Source: Erysipelotrichaceae bacterium (GTDB taxonomy: Bacteria > Bacillota_I > Bacilli_A > Erysipelotrichales > Erysipelotrichaceae). From it: DNA of 32,000 nucleotides. Positions 17,994 to 26,680 of this stretch are shown here, one piece after another; the stretch's first letter is position 1; each line of letters begins with the position of its first letter. A program made the translations under genes and the position numbers. Under the pieces are notes generated by a model. The model did no database searches. It was not told where the DNA came from and worked only from the letters and a program-made list of their open reading frames with translations. The stretch spans positions 1-32,000 of the forward strand of contig JAUVVC010000006.1 in assembly GCA_030604855.1 (NCBI GenBank), read 5' to 3'.

Positions 17994-18003
17994 AGAGAGA
18001 ACC

Positions 18004-18522
18004 ATGAAACTGATCGCGCAGCATGAAGATATTTTTTGGCCTGAAGAAACCATTGAAACCTTGCGATTCACATCGCGCGTTTTCATACGCAATTCAGAAG
18101 GTAAGTATGCATTCCTAAGAATAGTGGGTGAAGATTTTTTGGGGGTTCGCAATCACTTGGAAACCTGTGGTGGCGGTGTTGAAGAAGATGAGTCCTTCTT
18201 GGATGCGGCAATCCGTGAAGTACAAGAGGAAATTGGTTATACCGCAAAGAATTATCGTTTATTGGGATGCATCATCGACCGTCTGAATCCGATTCAAAGG
18301 ATGACCTGTTCCGTATTCTTTGAAGCAGAAGCGGATGTGCGACTCAGTGAAACGCAACGTACGGAAGAAGAAAAAATCTTGATCGATCAAGTCGTGTGGC
18401 TATATCCGGATGAAGCCATCCGTCAATTAAGACATGCGGAGTCTAAAGTCGATGCATGGGTACATCGACGTGATTTAAGGGCGTTCATCTACCTTTTGGA
18501 AAATCAAGACCAAAGGGGCTAA
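18004..18522 (+). CDS. Nudix hydrolase, substrate unknown
   Basis: Nudix box GGGVEEDESFLDAAIREVQEEIGY (G-x5-E-x7-REUxEExGU). No promoter is detectable between the upstream terminator and the ATG. Confidence 0.88.
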   Translation: MKLIAQHEDIFWPEETIETLRFTSRVFIRNSEGKYAFLRIVGEDFLGVRNHLETCGGGVEEDESFLDAAIREVQEEIGYTAKNYRLLGCIIDRLNPIQRMTCSVFFEAEADVRLSETQRTEEEKILIDQVVWLYPDEAIRQLRHAESKVDAWVHRRDLRAFIYLLENQDQRG

Positions 18523-19017
18523 TTCATCATTGTCATAAGTATAGCTTTGGTTGTACCGAAGCTTTTTATTTTGTCTTAAGTACGCTTCAATGCCTTGGGC
18601 TTCATTCAATCCACCGTCTTGTTTACGATAGAGAGTGATGATTAAGAAACCAGAGGGACGCAAGCGCTCGATGCTTTTCTCAAGTGCGTTCAAACTGGAT
18701 TCAAGGGTTGTGGTGATGTGTGCGTCCGCATAAGGCAGGTAGCCATTGTTCATCAAAACGCAATCCAAGTCTTCTTGAATCACGCGGTCCAAATGTGCAT
18801 GATCGATCTGATGAAACACATGCTTGGGATAAGCGATGCACTTGCGCTCAGATCTCTCGATTGCCAGGGCTTGAATATCAAGGCCAAGCACTCGATGTCC
18901 CATTTGAAGACAGAATAAAGCATCATTGCCGTTGCCTAAAGTCAGATCCAAGATGACGGAGGGTTTTGTGAAAACATCCTTGATGAAACGATGGACAAAA
19001 CTCGTTACTCTGAGCAT
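18475..19017 (-). CDS. mnmM: Class I SAM-dependent methyltransferase, YtqB/MnmM type (tRNA nm5s2U to mnm5s2U methyltransferase family)
   Basis: The signature LDLTLGNGNDALF (D-x-T-x-GNGND) is typical of B. subtilis YtqB-like proteins. A strong RBS AAGGAG sits 4 nt before the ATG. The gene lies downstream of, and overlaps, a ytqA-type radical SAM gene, as in Bacillus. Confidence 0.75.
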   Translation of the reverse strand: MLRVTSFVHRFIKDVFTKPSVILDLTLGNGNDALFCLQMGHRVLGLDIQALAIERSERKCIAYPKHVFHQIDHAHLDRVIQEDLDCVLMNNGYLPYADAHITTTLESSLNALEKSIERLRPSGFLIITLYRKQDGGLNEAQGIEAYLRQNKKLRYNQSYTYDNDELAPLVLIFQKVDERP

Positions 19018-19943
19018 AAATCTCCTTGGACGACATCCAAAGCGACCATACGTTTATCGATGCCATTCAAGACATTGATCTTTTGTTTGATCCAATGAGG
19101 TTCAATCAAGTCCGTAGGACTGTAGTCTCCGGTCAAACGTAAGATGGCCACTTCAGCAGGAACATAACGCAGTTGTGTCACAACCAAATCGATGTAAGTC
19201 TCTCGATCCAAAAGTGAATATGGTTTTATTCGATGTTCGATGGCTAAACGGGTGTTCTCCAAGAGATTCAACATATGTATCTTGAGTCCATAAGGTCGTA
19301 ATTGACCGATGCGTTTGACGGTTTCCAGCATCTGTTCTGTTGTCTCAGTCGGATAACCGTTCATCACATGGACGATCAATCTAAGTTTTGTTTGCTTAAG
19401 TCGTTTAAAGACGGTTTCAAATTCTGCAGTGGTATAACCACGATTCATGTGTTGAGCAGTCTCATCATGAATGCTTTGAAGACCGAGTTCAAGATAAATG
19501 TCCTTTTGCTGTGTCAAATCATCTAGGTATTGGATGATTTCCTCATTGAGACAGTCAATCCGAGTCGCTATGGCAAGTGCCACAACATCGGGGTGTTGGA
19601 TGAAGGGTTCATAAAGTACTTTGAGTTGAGACAAAGGGGCATAGGTGTTGGTGAAAGCTTGGAAATAAGCGATGGCTTTGGCATCCGGCCACTTCTTTTT
19701 CTGGATGGCAACACCACGATTGAATTGGTCAAGAAGATTGAGTGTGGTATTCCCTTGGAAATCACCACTGCCGATCTCATTACAAAAACTGCAGCCACCA
19801 AAGGCGACCTTACCATCCCGGTTGGGACAGGTGAAGCCTGCGTTCAAACCCACCTTGAAGACTTTGAAACCATAGCGTTGGCGTGTTTCAAAATTGAAGG
19901 TATGGTAACGCTTGTTGTCGTTGGAATAGGGGAAGGGATTCAT
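19005..19943 (-). CDS. TIGR01212-family radical SAM protein (YtqA/YhcC-like)
   Basis: NAGFTCPNRDGKVAFGGCSFCN cluster-binding region and the typical N-terminus YHTFNFETRQRYGFKVFKV. The start is either ATG 19943 (MNPFPYSN) or TTG 19964; neither has a clear SD. Confidence 0.85.
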   Translation of the reverse strand: MNPFPYSNDNKRYHTFNFETRQRYGFKVFKVGLNAGFTCPNRDGKVAFGGCSFCNEIGSGDFQGNTTLNLLDQFNRGVAIQKKKWPDAKAIAYFQAFTNTYAPLSQLKVLYEPFIQHPDVVALAIATRIDCLNEEIIQYLDDLTQQKDIYLELGLQSIHDETAQHMNRGYTTAEFETVFKRLKQTKLRLIVHVMNGYPTETTEQMLETVKRIGQLRPYGLKIHMLNLLENTRLAIEHRIKPYSLLDRETYIDLVVTQLRYVPAEVAILRLTGDYSPTDLIEPHWIKQKINVLNGIDKRMVALDVVQGDLCSE

Positions 19944-19965
19944 GATGGTATTGTAGCACAGCAAC

Positions 19966-19994
19966 TTGCTTTTTGAAGAAGTGTTCGCTATACT
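19966..19994 (+). promoter_or_regulatory. Promoter of the leuS T-box leader
   Basis: TTGCTT (19966-71), a 17-nt spacer, then TATACT (19989-94). Confidence 0.6.
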
Positions 19995-19995
19995 T

Positions 19996-20199
19996 TAAAT
20001 GATGCGTTGATAAACAGTAGTAAGAAGCGAATGGACATCAAGAAAGTTGTGGGATGATGTGACACAACCGAAAAACTTCTGAACTCGGTTTTGAGCTTAA
20101 AAGACGAAATCTTTTACGGACCCCCGTTATCGGATCAAGTGCACATGTGTGAACTAAGGTGGTACCGCGAGATAACTCGTCCTTGGCGGACCTTTTTTT
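19996..20199 (+). promoter_or_regulatory. T-box riboswitch leader, leucine-specific (CUC specifier), with terminator/antiterminator
   Basis: The conserved T-box sequence AAGGTGGTACCGCG lies at 20156-20169. Stem I elements are present: a GA/K-turn region (TTGATAAACAGTAGTA) and the AGAAAG distal motif. The specifier loop has the context GAA-CTC-G, with CTC at 20084-20086. The terminator GGTaCCGC...GCGGaCC is followed by T7 (20193-20199). leuS lies immediately downstream. Confidence 0.88.
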
Positions 20200-20214
20200 A
20201 TTTTAGGAGGCAAA

Positions 20215-22602
20215 ATGAAAGATCATCTTAAGATTGAACCCAAATGGCAAGCCTTTTGGGAAAAGAATGAAACGTTTAAAACCAATGTATGGGATTTTGA
20301 TAAACCAAAAGCCTATATCTTAGACATGTTTCCATATCCGAGTGGAGCTGGACTTCATGTTGGGCATCCAGAAGGGTATACGGCAACCGATATCATCTCC
20401 CGTATGAAACGCATGCAAGGTTATAATGTCCTTCATCCCATGGGTTGGGATGCTTTTGGTTTGCCTGCGGAACAATACGCGTTGAACACCGGCCATCATC
20501 CGGCAGACTTTACCAAACAGAACATCGAGACTTTTAAGAACCAAATCAAAGCCCTTGGCCTTTCTTATGACTGGTCAAAGGAAATCTCAACAACCGATCC
20601 GGAGTACTATAAGTGGACACAATGGATCTTCATTCAACTCTACAACAAAGGTTTGGCGTATGTGGATGAGATTCCCGTCAACTGGTGTCCAGAGTTGGGA
20701 ACCGTTCTAGCCAATGAAGAAGTCATTGATGGCAAGTCGGAACGGGGCAGTTTTCCCGTCTATCGTGTTCCGATGCGTCAATGGGTATTAAGAATCACAG
20801 AATATGCGGAACGCTTATTGGAAGACTTGGATCTGGTCGAATGGCCCGTCAGCACCAAGGAGATGCAGATCAACTGGATCGGTAAATCCGTTGGAGCGAA
20901 TGTCGTCTTCAAAGTCGACCAACATGACTTAGAGTTCACTGTTTTCACGACCCGCAGCGATACCTTATTCGGTGCGACCTACTGTGTCTTGGCTCCGGAA
21001 CATCCTTTTGTGTCTCAGATTGTGACAACAGAACACAAGGCTGAAGTAGAAGCTTATGTTTTGGCTTGTGCGACGAAATCCGATCTCCAGAGAACAGAAC
21101 TCAATAAAGAAAAAACCGGTGTCTTCACCGGTGCCTATGCCATCAATCCAGCCAACCAACAATTGGTTCCGATCTGGATTGCGGATTATGTCTTGGCCAG
21201 TTATGGAACCGGAGCGATCATGGCTGTTCCTGCGCACGATGAGCGTGACTATGAATTTGCGAAGAAGTTTGGACTTGAAATCGTTCCCGTGCTTGAGGGA
21301 GGCGATATTGAAAACGCTGCTTTCACAGGCGATGGGCTGCACATCAATTCTGATTTCTTGAATGGCTTGAATAAAGAAGATGCACTTCAAACCATGAACG
21401 CATGGTTGGTGGAACACAAGTGTGGTGAAGCCAAGGTGAGTTATAAATTAAGAGACTGGTTGTTTTCACGTCAACGTTACTGGGGTGAACCGATTCCCAT
21501 TATTTTGATGGAAGATGGAACGAAACGGACGGTCGATATCAACGAACTGCCATTGGAACTCCCAGCGGTCGATAACTACAAGCCATCGGATAAGGGGGAA
21601 AGTCCTTTGTCCAATGCCGGTTCGTGGTTGGATGTGGAGATTGATGGCATCAAGGGTAAACGTGAAACCAACACCATGCCCCAATGGGCTGGAAGCTGTT
21701 GGTATTATTTGAGATACATCGATCCGCGTAATGACGATGCGATTGCGGCAAGTGAACTCTTAAAACATTGGTTGCCAGTCGATTTGTATGTTGGTGGTGC
21801 GGAACATGCGGTCTTGCATTTACTTTATGCGCGTTTCTGGCATAAGGTCCTGTACGATATCGGTGTCGTACCCACCAAAGAACCCTTTGCGAAACTCTTC
21901 CATCAAGGCATGATCCTGGGTGAGAATGGTGAGAAGATGAGTAAATCCAGAGGGAATGTCATCAATCCGGATCTGATCATTGAAAGTCATGGGGCGGATT
22001 CACTGCGTGTCTATGAAATGTTCATGGGACCTTTGGAAGCAGCCCTTCCTTGGAGCAGTTCAGGCTTGGATGGGACAAAGAAATGGTTGGATCGTGTCGA
22101 TCGTTTTTTCAGCGAAGTTGCGGAATTCGAAGATGAAAACAATCATGGTTTGGATAAGATCTATCATCACACCGTGAAAAAGGTTACCCATGACATTGAG
22201 ACCTTGAACTTCAACACTGCGGTCTCGCAAATGATGATCTTCATCAATGAATGTTTCAAACAGGGTAAGATCTATCGTCCTTATGCCCATGGTTTCATTC
22301 AGATGTTCAGCTGTTTCGCACCGCATTTAGGGGAAGAACTTTGGACGCAGGTCACCGGTAAGCAAGGCATCAGCTTTGAAGTTTGGCCGAGCTATGATGA
22401 GAAGTACCTGGTGGAAGATGAAGTTGAATTGGTCATCCAAGTCAATGGAAAGATTCGTGCCAAGATGCTTGTGGCTTTCAATGCGGAACAAAAGGATATT
22501 GAAGATGCGGCAAAGGCATTGATTGTCGCTCATATGGAAGGGAAGACTTTGCGTAAAGTCATTTACGTTAAGAATAAATTGTTGAATTTCGTTGTGGCTT
22601 AG
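20215..22602 (+). CDS. leuS: Leucyl-tRNA synthetase
   Basis: 795 aa with the HIGH-type motif [13 protein letters not shown] and a CP1 editing domain. RBS AGGAGG sits 5 nt upstream. Confidence 0.97.
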   Translation: MKDHLKIEPKWQAFWEKNETFKTNVWDFDKPKAYILDMFPYPSGAGLHVGHPEGYTATDIISRMKRMQGYNVLHPMGWDAFGLPAEQYALNTGHHPADFTKQNIETFKNQIKALGLSYDWSKEISTTDPEYYKWTQWIFIQLYNKGLAYVDEIPVNWCPELGTVLANEEVIDGKSERGSFPVYRVPMRQWVLRITEYAERLLEDLDLVEWPVSTKEMQINWIGKSVGANVVFKVDQHDLEFTVFTTRSDTLFGATYCVLAPEHPFVSQIVTTEHKAEVEAYVLACATKSDLQRTELNKEKTGVFTGAYAINPANQQLVPIWIADYVLASYGTGAIMAVPAHDERDYEFAKKFGLEIVPVLEGGDIENAAFTGDGLHINSDFLNGLNKEDALQTMNAWLVEHKCGEAKVSYKLRDWLFSRQRYWGEPIPIILMEDGTKRTVDINELPLELPAVDNYKPSDKGESPLSNAGSWLDVEIDGIKGKRETNTMPQWAGSCWYYLRYIDPRNDDAIAASELLKHWLPVDLYVGGAEHAVLHLLYARFWHKVLYDIGVVPTKEPFAKLFHQGMILGENGEKMSKSRGNVINPDLIIESHGADSLRVYEMFMGPLEAALPWSSSGLDGTKKWLDRVDRFFSEVAEFEDENNHGLDKIYHHTVKKVTHDIETLNFNTAVSQMMIFINECFKQGKIYRPYAHGFIQMFSCFAPHLGEELWTQVTGKQGISFEVWPSYDEKYLVEDEVELVIQVNGKIRAKMLVAFNAEQKDIEDAAKALIVAHMEGKTLRKVIYVKNKLLNFVVA

Positions 22603-22625
22603 GATGCTTAACCGCATCCTTTTTA
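22601..22625 (+). terminator. Intrinsic terminator after leuS
   Basis: AGGATGC (22601-07) pairs with GCATCCT (22614-20) and is followed by TTTT. Confidence 0.75.
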
Positions 22626-22661
22626 TGTGCAGTGTTTTATAATGATTTCAGAGGATAAAAT

Positions 22662-23363
22662 ATGGAACTCAATGATTTCTTGATTAAGCTTTCCGAACCT
22701 GCACGTCGTGCAATCAAAGAACTCCACTGTAACCAACTTGAAGACCTTTTATCGTATTCAGATCAAGAACTGCTTGCGATGCATGGCATCGGTCCCAAGA
22801 CCATTCGCATCCTAAACGATTTTCTGACAGTACATAAGCTGGATCGACATCCCCTTAAAAGCGCTTTACTCGTGATCGACATGCAGGAAGCCTTAATGGA
22901 TGAGATGCCCTATCGTAAACAAGAGCTCATTGCAAACATCAATGAAATCATCAATCATGCGCGTAAACAACGTATCCCAATCTTCTTCATCCGCCATGAT
23001 GGTGGAGAAGGGGATACCTTGGCGTATGGTGAAGCGGGTTGGCACTTGGCTAAAGATTTGAATCATCAAGGTGAGCCCATTGTGGATAAGCGCTATAACA
23101 GTGCCTTCAAAGACACAAATTTGGAATCTCTTTTACAAGCACAGAAGATCAAGCATTTGATGCTCGTGGGTATGCAGACAGAATACTGTGTCGATGCGAC
23201 GCTCAAAAGTGCATTTGAAAAAGGATACCAATGTACGATCTTACAAGGCTGTACCAGCACCTTTGATAACCCATGGTTGAATGCTAGACAATTGATTGAT
23301 TTTTATGAACAAGCTATCTGGCCTAGTTTTGCGAAAGTAGTTTCGGTTGATGAAATAAAATAA
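22662..23363 (+). CDS. Fusion of an N-terminal helix-hairpin-helix (RpoA alpha-CTD-like) domain to an isochorismatase-family cysteine hydrolase
   Basis: Aa 1-60 match the HhH pattern (LSEPARRAIKELHCNQLEDLLSYSDQELLAMHGIGPKTIRIL). Aa 65-233 are isochorismatase-like, with the triad contexts LLVIDMQ (D), VDKRYNSAF (K) and GMQTEYCVDAT (C). Confidence 0.75.
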   Translation: MELNDFLIKLSEPARRAIKELHCNQLEDLLSYSDQELLAMHGIGPKTIRILNDFLTVHKLDRHPLKSALLVIDMQEALMDEMPYRKQELIANINEIINHARKQRIPIFFIRHDGGEGDTLAYGEAGWHLAKDLNHQGEPIVDKRYNSAFKDTNLESLLQAQKIKHLMLVGMQTEYCVDATLKSAFEKGYQCTILQGCTSTFDNPWLNARQLIDFYEQAIWPSFAKVVSVDEIK

Positions 23364-23386
23364 TGCCAACGAAGGCATTATTTTTG
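23361..23386. terminator. Bidirectional terminator shared by convergent genes
   Basis: TAATGCC (23361-67) pairs with GGCATTA (23374-80), with a T5 run downstream and an A-rich run upstream. The hairpin overlaps both stop codons. Confidence 0.75.
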
Positions 23387-24169
23387 GATCAAGGTGATCA
23401 GATATAAACTGGGATCGGTTAAGAAACGTGCTTGATAATCATCGATGCCTAAGCCATTGGATGAAATCCACATCGCATCTGTAACAGGTGTATATTCCAT
23501 GGCTTCTTTGTGATAAGCCGCTCCAAACAAAGGTAGACGAACCTGGCCATTGTGAGTCTTCGCACTTAACAGTAGTGGACTTGAACTCATCTCTAGTCCT
23601 AAAGGATCGTAGCTTAGGGTGATGGAGAAACCATCCATTTTCGGTCCGATCGAAGAATCGAAAAGGTCGATGGTGTTCAAGACAATATACTCATTGCTAA
23701 GATTGTGCAAAGGAATGCTTTGTGTGCCCAAAATTTCAAAACCACTTTGAGCATAGATGGTTTGAACCAATTCCAAACGATTGCGATCTTCATCGCCTAA
23801 GACGGCAAACTTACCAAGCGGTGCTTCAATCGCATTCATATGATCGATCAATGCCAGAACTTCCTCATCACTCATATTGTGGGAGGATTCAATCAAATCA
23901 CCGCCAAAGAGGACCAAATCAAAATCCAAACTCTGAATCTTATCGAATATTTTTGATTGATATTCTGACCCAAGACTATAAGCGTGAAGGTCGGAGAAAT
24001 AAAGAATCTTCACATTATTGAATGAAGCGGGAATCTGTTCATGAACGATCTCTTTTTTTTCGACGCGAAGGCGTGTCAAAGCGGTGTTGGTGCTATCCAC
24101 ATAGAAGATATAGATCAATAAGCCTATTAAAACAAGGCTTAGAAGCAAAGCTTTTACTAAATTTTTCAT
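23378..24169 (-). CDS. Membrane-anchored calcineurin-like metallophosphoesterase homologue (YkuE-like) with degenerate metal-binding motifs
   Basis: N-terminal TM helix. The motifs FSDLHA and GGDL are present. However GNHE is replaced by LGDEDR, and GHTHGGQ by AKTHNGQ. Confidence 0.65.
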   Translation of the reverse strand: MKNLVKALLLSLVLIGLLIYIFYVDSTNTALTRLRVEKKEIVHEQIPASFNNVKILYFSDLHAYSLGSEYQSKIFDKIQSLDFDLVLFGGDLIESSHNMSDEEVLALIDHMNAIEAPLGKFAVLGDEDRNRLELVQTIYAQSGFEILGTQSIPLHNLSNEYIVLNTIDLFDSSIGPKMDGFSITLSYDPLGLEMSSSPLLLSAKTHNGQVRLPLFGAAYHKEAMEYTPVTDAMWISSNGLGIDDYQARFLTDPSLYLITLIQK

Positions 24170-24231
24170 ACCCTACTATTATAACGGATTTACTTGCGTA
24201 TAATAGAGATAAAGAATTGAGGATGATGAAA

Positions 24232-24909
24232 ATGAAAAAACTTATCGCGCTCTTCCTGATCACCATCGGGTCCTTACTTATCTTAGATAATCTCAATCTT
24301 GTGGATATCCGCCAAATTTATGATTTCTTCTGGCCAACCGTATTCATCTTGTTTGGTCTTGCTCTCTTGATTCGCAATCGACAACTCCAGATCATTGGCT
24401 TGGTGCTTCTGACGATCGGGGTCTTGATGTTGCTGGATGAACTGGGATACTTACGTTTGACCTTTGATCAGATCATGATGTACTTCTGGCCAGGCTTATT
24501 GATTCTCTTGGGTTTGAATCTTCTTGTAAGCAAACAAACGCCCGTCCGAGTTAAAAATGAAAATATGCGAAGAAATACATCGAACCAGAAGGAATACAAT
24601 GGTTTTTTGAACTCTGTGAATGAGAAGGTTGAGAATATCCATTTTGAGCAATGCTCGGTCAATGGGGTCTTATCTTCTGTGGATATGGATTTCAGTGGCA
24701 TCGTTTTCGATCAGGAACAAGTGACGATTGAAGTTAATTCCGTCATGGCCAGTGTCAGCTTGAAGTTACCAAAGGGCATACGCGTTGTGATGTCGGGATC
24801 TCCGGTTTTGGGTGAAGTGCATGACCGCTGTGAGAAGAACGTTGTTTCGAGCCAAAGCATTAAGATTCATTACACCTGTATCTTAGGTTCGATTGAAGTC
24901 TACCAATAA
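24232..24909 (+). CDS. LiaF-like protein (LiaI/LiaF-type TM hairpins plus a DUF2154-like C-terminal domain)
   Basis: Two repeated TM-hairpin units (IGSLLILDNLNL...FWPTVFILFGLALLI and IGVLMLLDELGYL...FWPGLLILLGLNLLV). The C-terminal beta-rich domain has VNSVMASVSLKLPKGIRVVMSGSPVLGEV. GAGG sits 9 nt before ATG 24232. The ORF-track start at 24022 overlaps the opposite-strand gene and is rejected. Confidence 0.65.
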   Translation: MKKLIALFLITIGSLLILDNLNLVDIRQIYDFFWPTVFILFGLALLIRNRQLQIIGLVLLTIGVLMLLDELGYLRLTFDQIMMYFWPGLLILLGLNLLVSKQTPVRVKNENMRRNTSNQKEYNGFLNSVNEKVENIHFEQCSVNGVLSSVDMDFSGIVFDQEQVTIEVNSVMASVSLKLPKGIRVVMSGSPVLGEVHDRCEKNVVSSQSIKIHYTCILGSIEVYQ

Positions 24910-24914
24910 AAAAG

Positions 24915-24945
24915 AAAGAGAACGATGAGTTCTCTTTGCTATTTC
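24915..24945. terminator. Terminator between convergent genes (stronger for minus-strand RNase J)
   Basis: 9-bp stem AAAGAGAAC (24915-23) / GTTCTCTTT (24929-37). On the minus strand it is followed by CTTTTTTATT. Confidence 0.7.
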
Positions 24946-26672
24946 TGTTTACTTTGCAGCTGCGCCATCGCAGCTTTTTGATTTAAGATGACCGGAATGA
25001 CCAAAGGGTTACGACTGGTCTTTTGAAAGAGGAAAGGTTCCAACGATGCACGGATCGTGTTCTTCAATTCACCAAAGGTGGTCTTTTGAAGCATCTTTTT
25101 CTTAAGGGCTTCATAAACAACCATTTCGGCTTCCTTAAGCAAGGATTGTGATTCTTTCAAGAAGACAAAGCCACGGGATACGATGTTGGGTCGAACGAGT
25201 ATCTTGTTATAGCGGGAATCGATCGTCACGATGACGCTCACCATTCCGTTATCGGCTAATAAACGTCTGTCTTTGATGACCGAAGTGGATAGACCTGAAG
25301 TGTCGTTGCCATCGACATAGATGTCATCACTTTGAATCCGTGTGTCACTCATGAAGACTTCTTCATTGCGAAGGACAACGGCATCGCCATTGGCACAGAT
25401 GAAGATGTTCTCTTTGGGAATACCTGTTTCCATCCCTGTTTTGGCATGAACCTTGAGCATCTTATATTCACCGTGGATCGGCATGAAGAATTTTGGTTTG
25501 ATCAACTGCAACATCAACTTCTGTTCTTCCTGTGAAGCATGACCTGTGGTGTGCAGAGAGTTCAATAAACTGTTTGTAAGCACGTTTGCACCTGCACGCG
25601 TCAACTTATTGACGACACCGGAAACGCTCTGTGCATTCCCAGGAATCGGGCTGCTGGAGAAGACGACGGTATCACCCGGAATGATTTTGATGAATCGATG
25701 GGTTCCATTCGCAATGCGTGATAAGGCAGCCAAAGGTTCACCTTGCGAACCCGTCGCAAGAATCAAGACTCTGTTTGCTGGAATTGTGTTCAACATGTTG
25801 GGTTCGATGAAATGTTCATCGCCATACGGAATATGACCATGTTTACGACCGACGACCACAACGTTTTCCATGGAGCGACCGAAGACACAAACCTTACGAC
25901 CCGTTTCGACAGCAGCTTCGATGATTTGACGGACACGATAGACATTGGAGGCAAAGGTGACCATGATCAGACGACCATTTGTTTTACGTGCGGTATCCAA
26001 CAAGGCTTGTGCAACTTTCTTTTCACTGATGGAGAAACCACTGACGGAAGAGTTCGTGGAATCACTCATCAAGAGTGTGACACCGATTTGACCGATGTAC
26101 GCCATTTTCTGATAATCCGCATTGATGCCGACAGGCGTTAAGTCAAACTTAAAGTCACCCGTATGAACGATACGACCATTCGGTGTATTGATTAAGACAC
26201 CTAAGGCATCCGGAATCGAGTGCGTCGTATTGTAAAAGCCGACACGGAAATGTTCCGTCTCAACACGTGAGTTCTCATTGATGATTTCAATCTTAGGCAC
26301 ATCACGCATCCGTTTTTCTTCCAACTTACGCATGATCAATGCGGCAGCGAAATTCGGTGCATAGATGCGTGGCACACGGACCGATTTTAAAAGGAAGGGA
26401 ATCCCACCAATATGGTCTTCATGACCATGGGTGATGATCAAAGCCTTCACTTTGTGCTGATTGCGTTGTAAATAACCATAATCTGGAATGACGTAATCCA
26501 CACCCAAAAGGCTTTCTTCTGGGAAGCGGACACCGGAGTCAAGAATGATGATTTCATCTTGATGCTCATAACAGTACATGTTTTTGCCGACTTCACCGAG
26601 ACCGCCTAAAGCGTAGACCAGCGTATCGGTGTTCCGATCATAGGTCTTGGGTTCTTCTATTATTTGTTTCAT
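24939..26672 (-). CDS. rnj: Ribonuclease J (metallo-beta-lactamase/beta-CASP)
   Basis: 577 aa with ALGGLGEVGKNMY, the HGHEDHIGG motif, and beta-CASP and C-terminal domains. Confidence 0.95.
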   Translation of the reverse strand: MKQIIEEPKTYDRNTDTLVYALGGLGEVGKNMYCYEHQDEIIILDSGVRFPEESLLGVDYVIPDYGYLQRNQHKVKALIITHGHEDHIGGIPFLLKSVRVPRIYAPNFAAALIMRKLEEKRMRDVPKIEIINENSRVETEHFRVGFYNTTHSIPDALGVLINTPNGRIVHTGDFKFDLTPVGINADYQKMAYIGQIGVTLLMSDSTNSSVSGFSISEKKVAQALLDTARKTNGRLIMVTFASNVYRVRQIIEAAVETGRKVCVFGRSMENVVVVGRKHGHIPYGDEHFIEPNMLNTIPANRVLILATGSQGEPLAALSRIANGTHRFIKIIPGDTVVFSSSPIPGNAQSVSGVVNKLTRAGANVLTNSLLNSLHTTGHASQEEQKLMLQLIKPKFFMPIHGEYKMLKVHAKTGMETGIPKENIFICANGDAVVLRNEEVFMSDTRIQSDDIYVDGNDTSGLSTSVIKDRRLLADNGMVSVIVTIDSRYNKILVRPNIVSRGFVFLKESQSLLKEAEMVVYEALKKKMLQKTTFGELKNTIRASLEPFLFQKTSRNPLVIPVILNQKAAMAQLQSKQK

Positions 26673-26680
26673 AATGCTCC

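Noticed and set aside
24022-24231. N-terminal 70-aa extension of the LiaF-like ORF
   Set aside because: It overlaps the 5' end of the opposite-strand phosphoesterase gene, is Arg-rich and non-hydrophobic, and lacks an RBS. The ATGs at 24223-24234 sit just downstream of GAGG and start the signal-like hydrophobic region.
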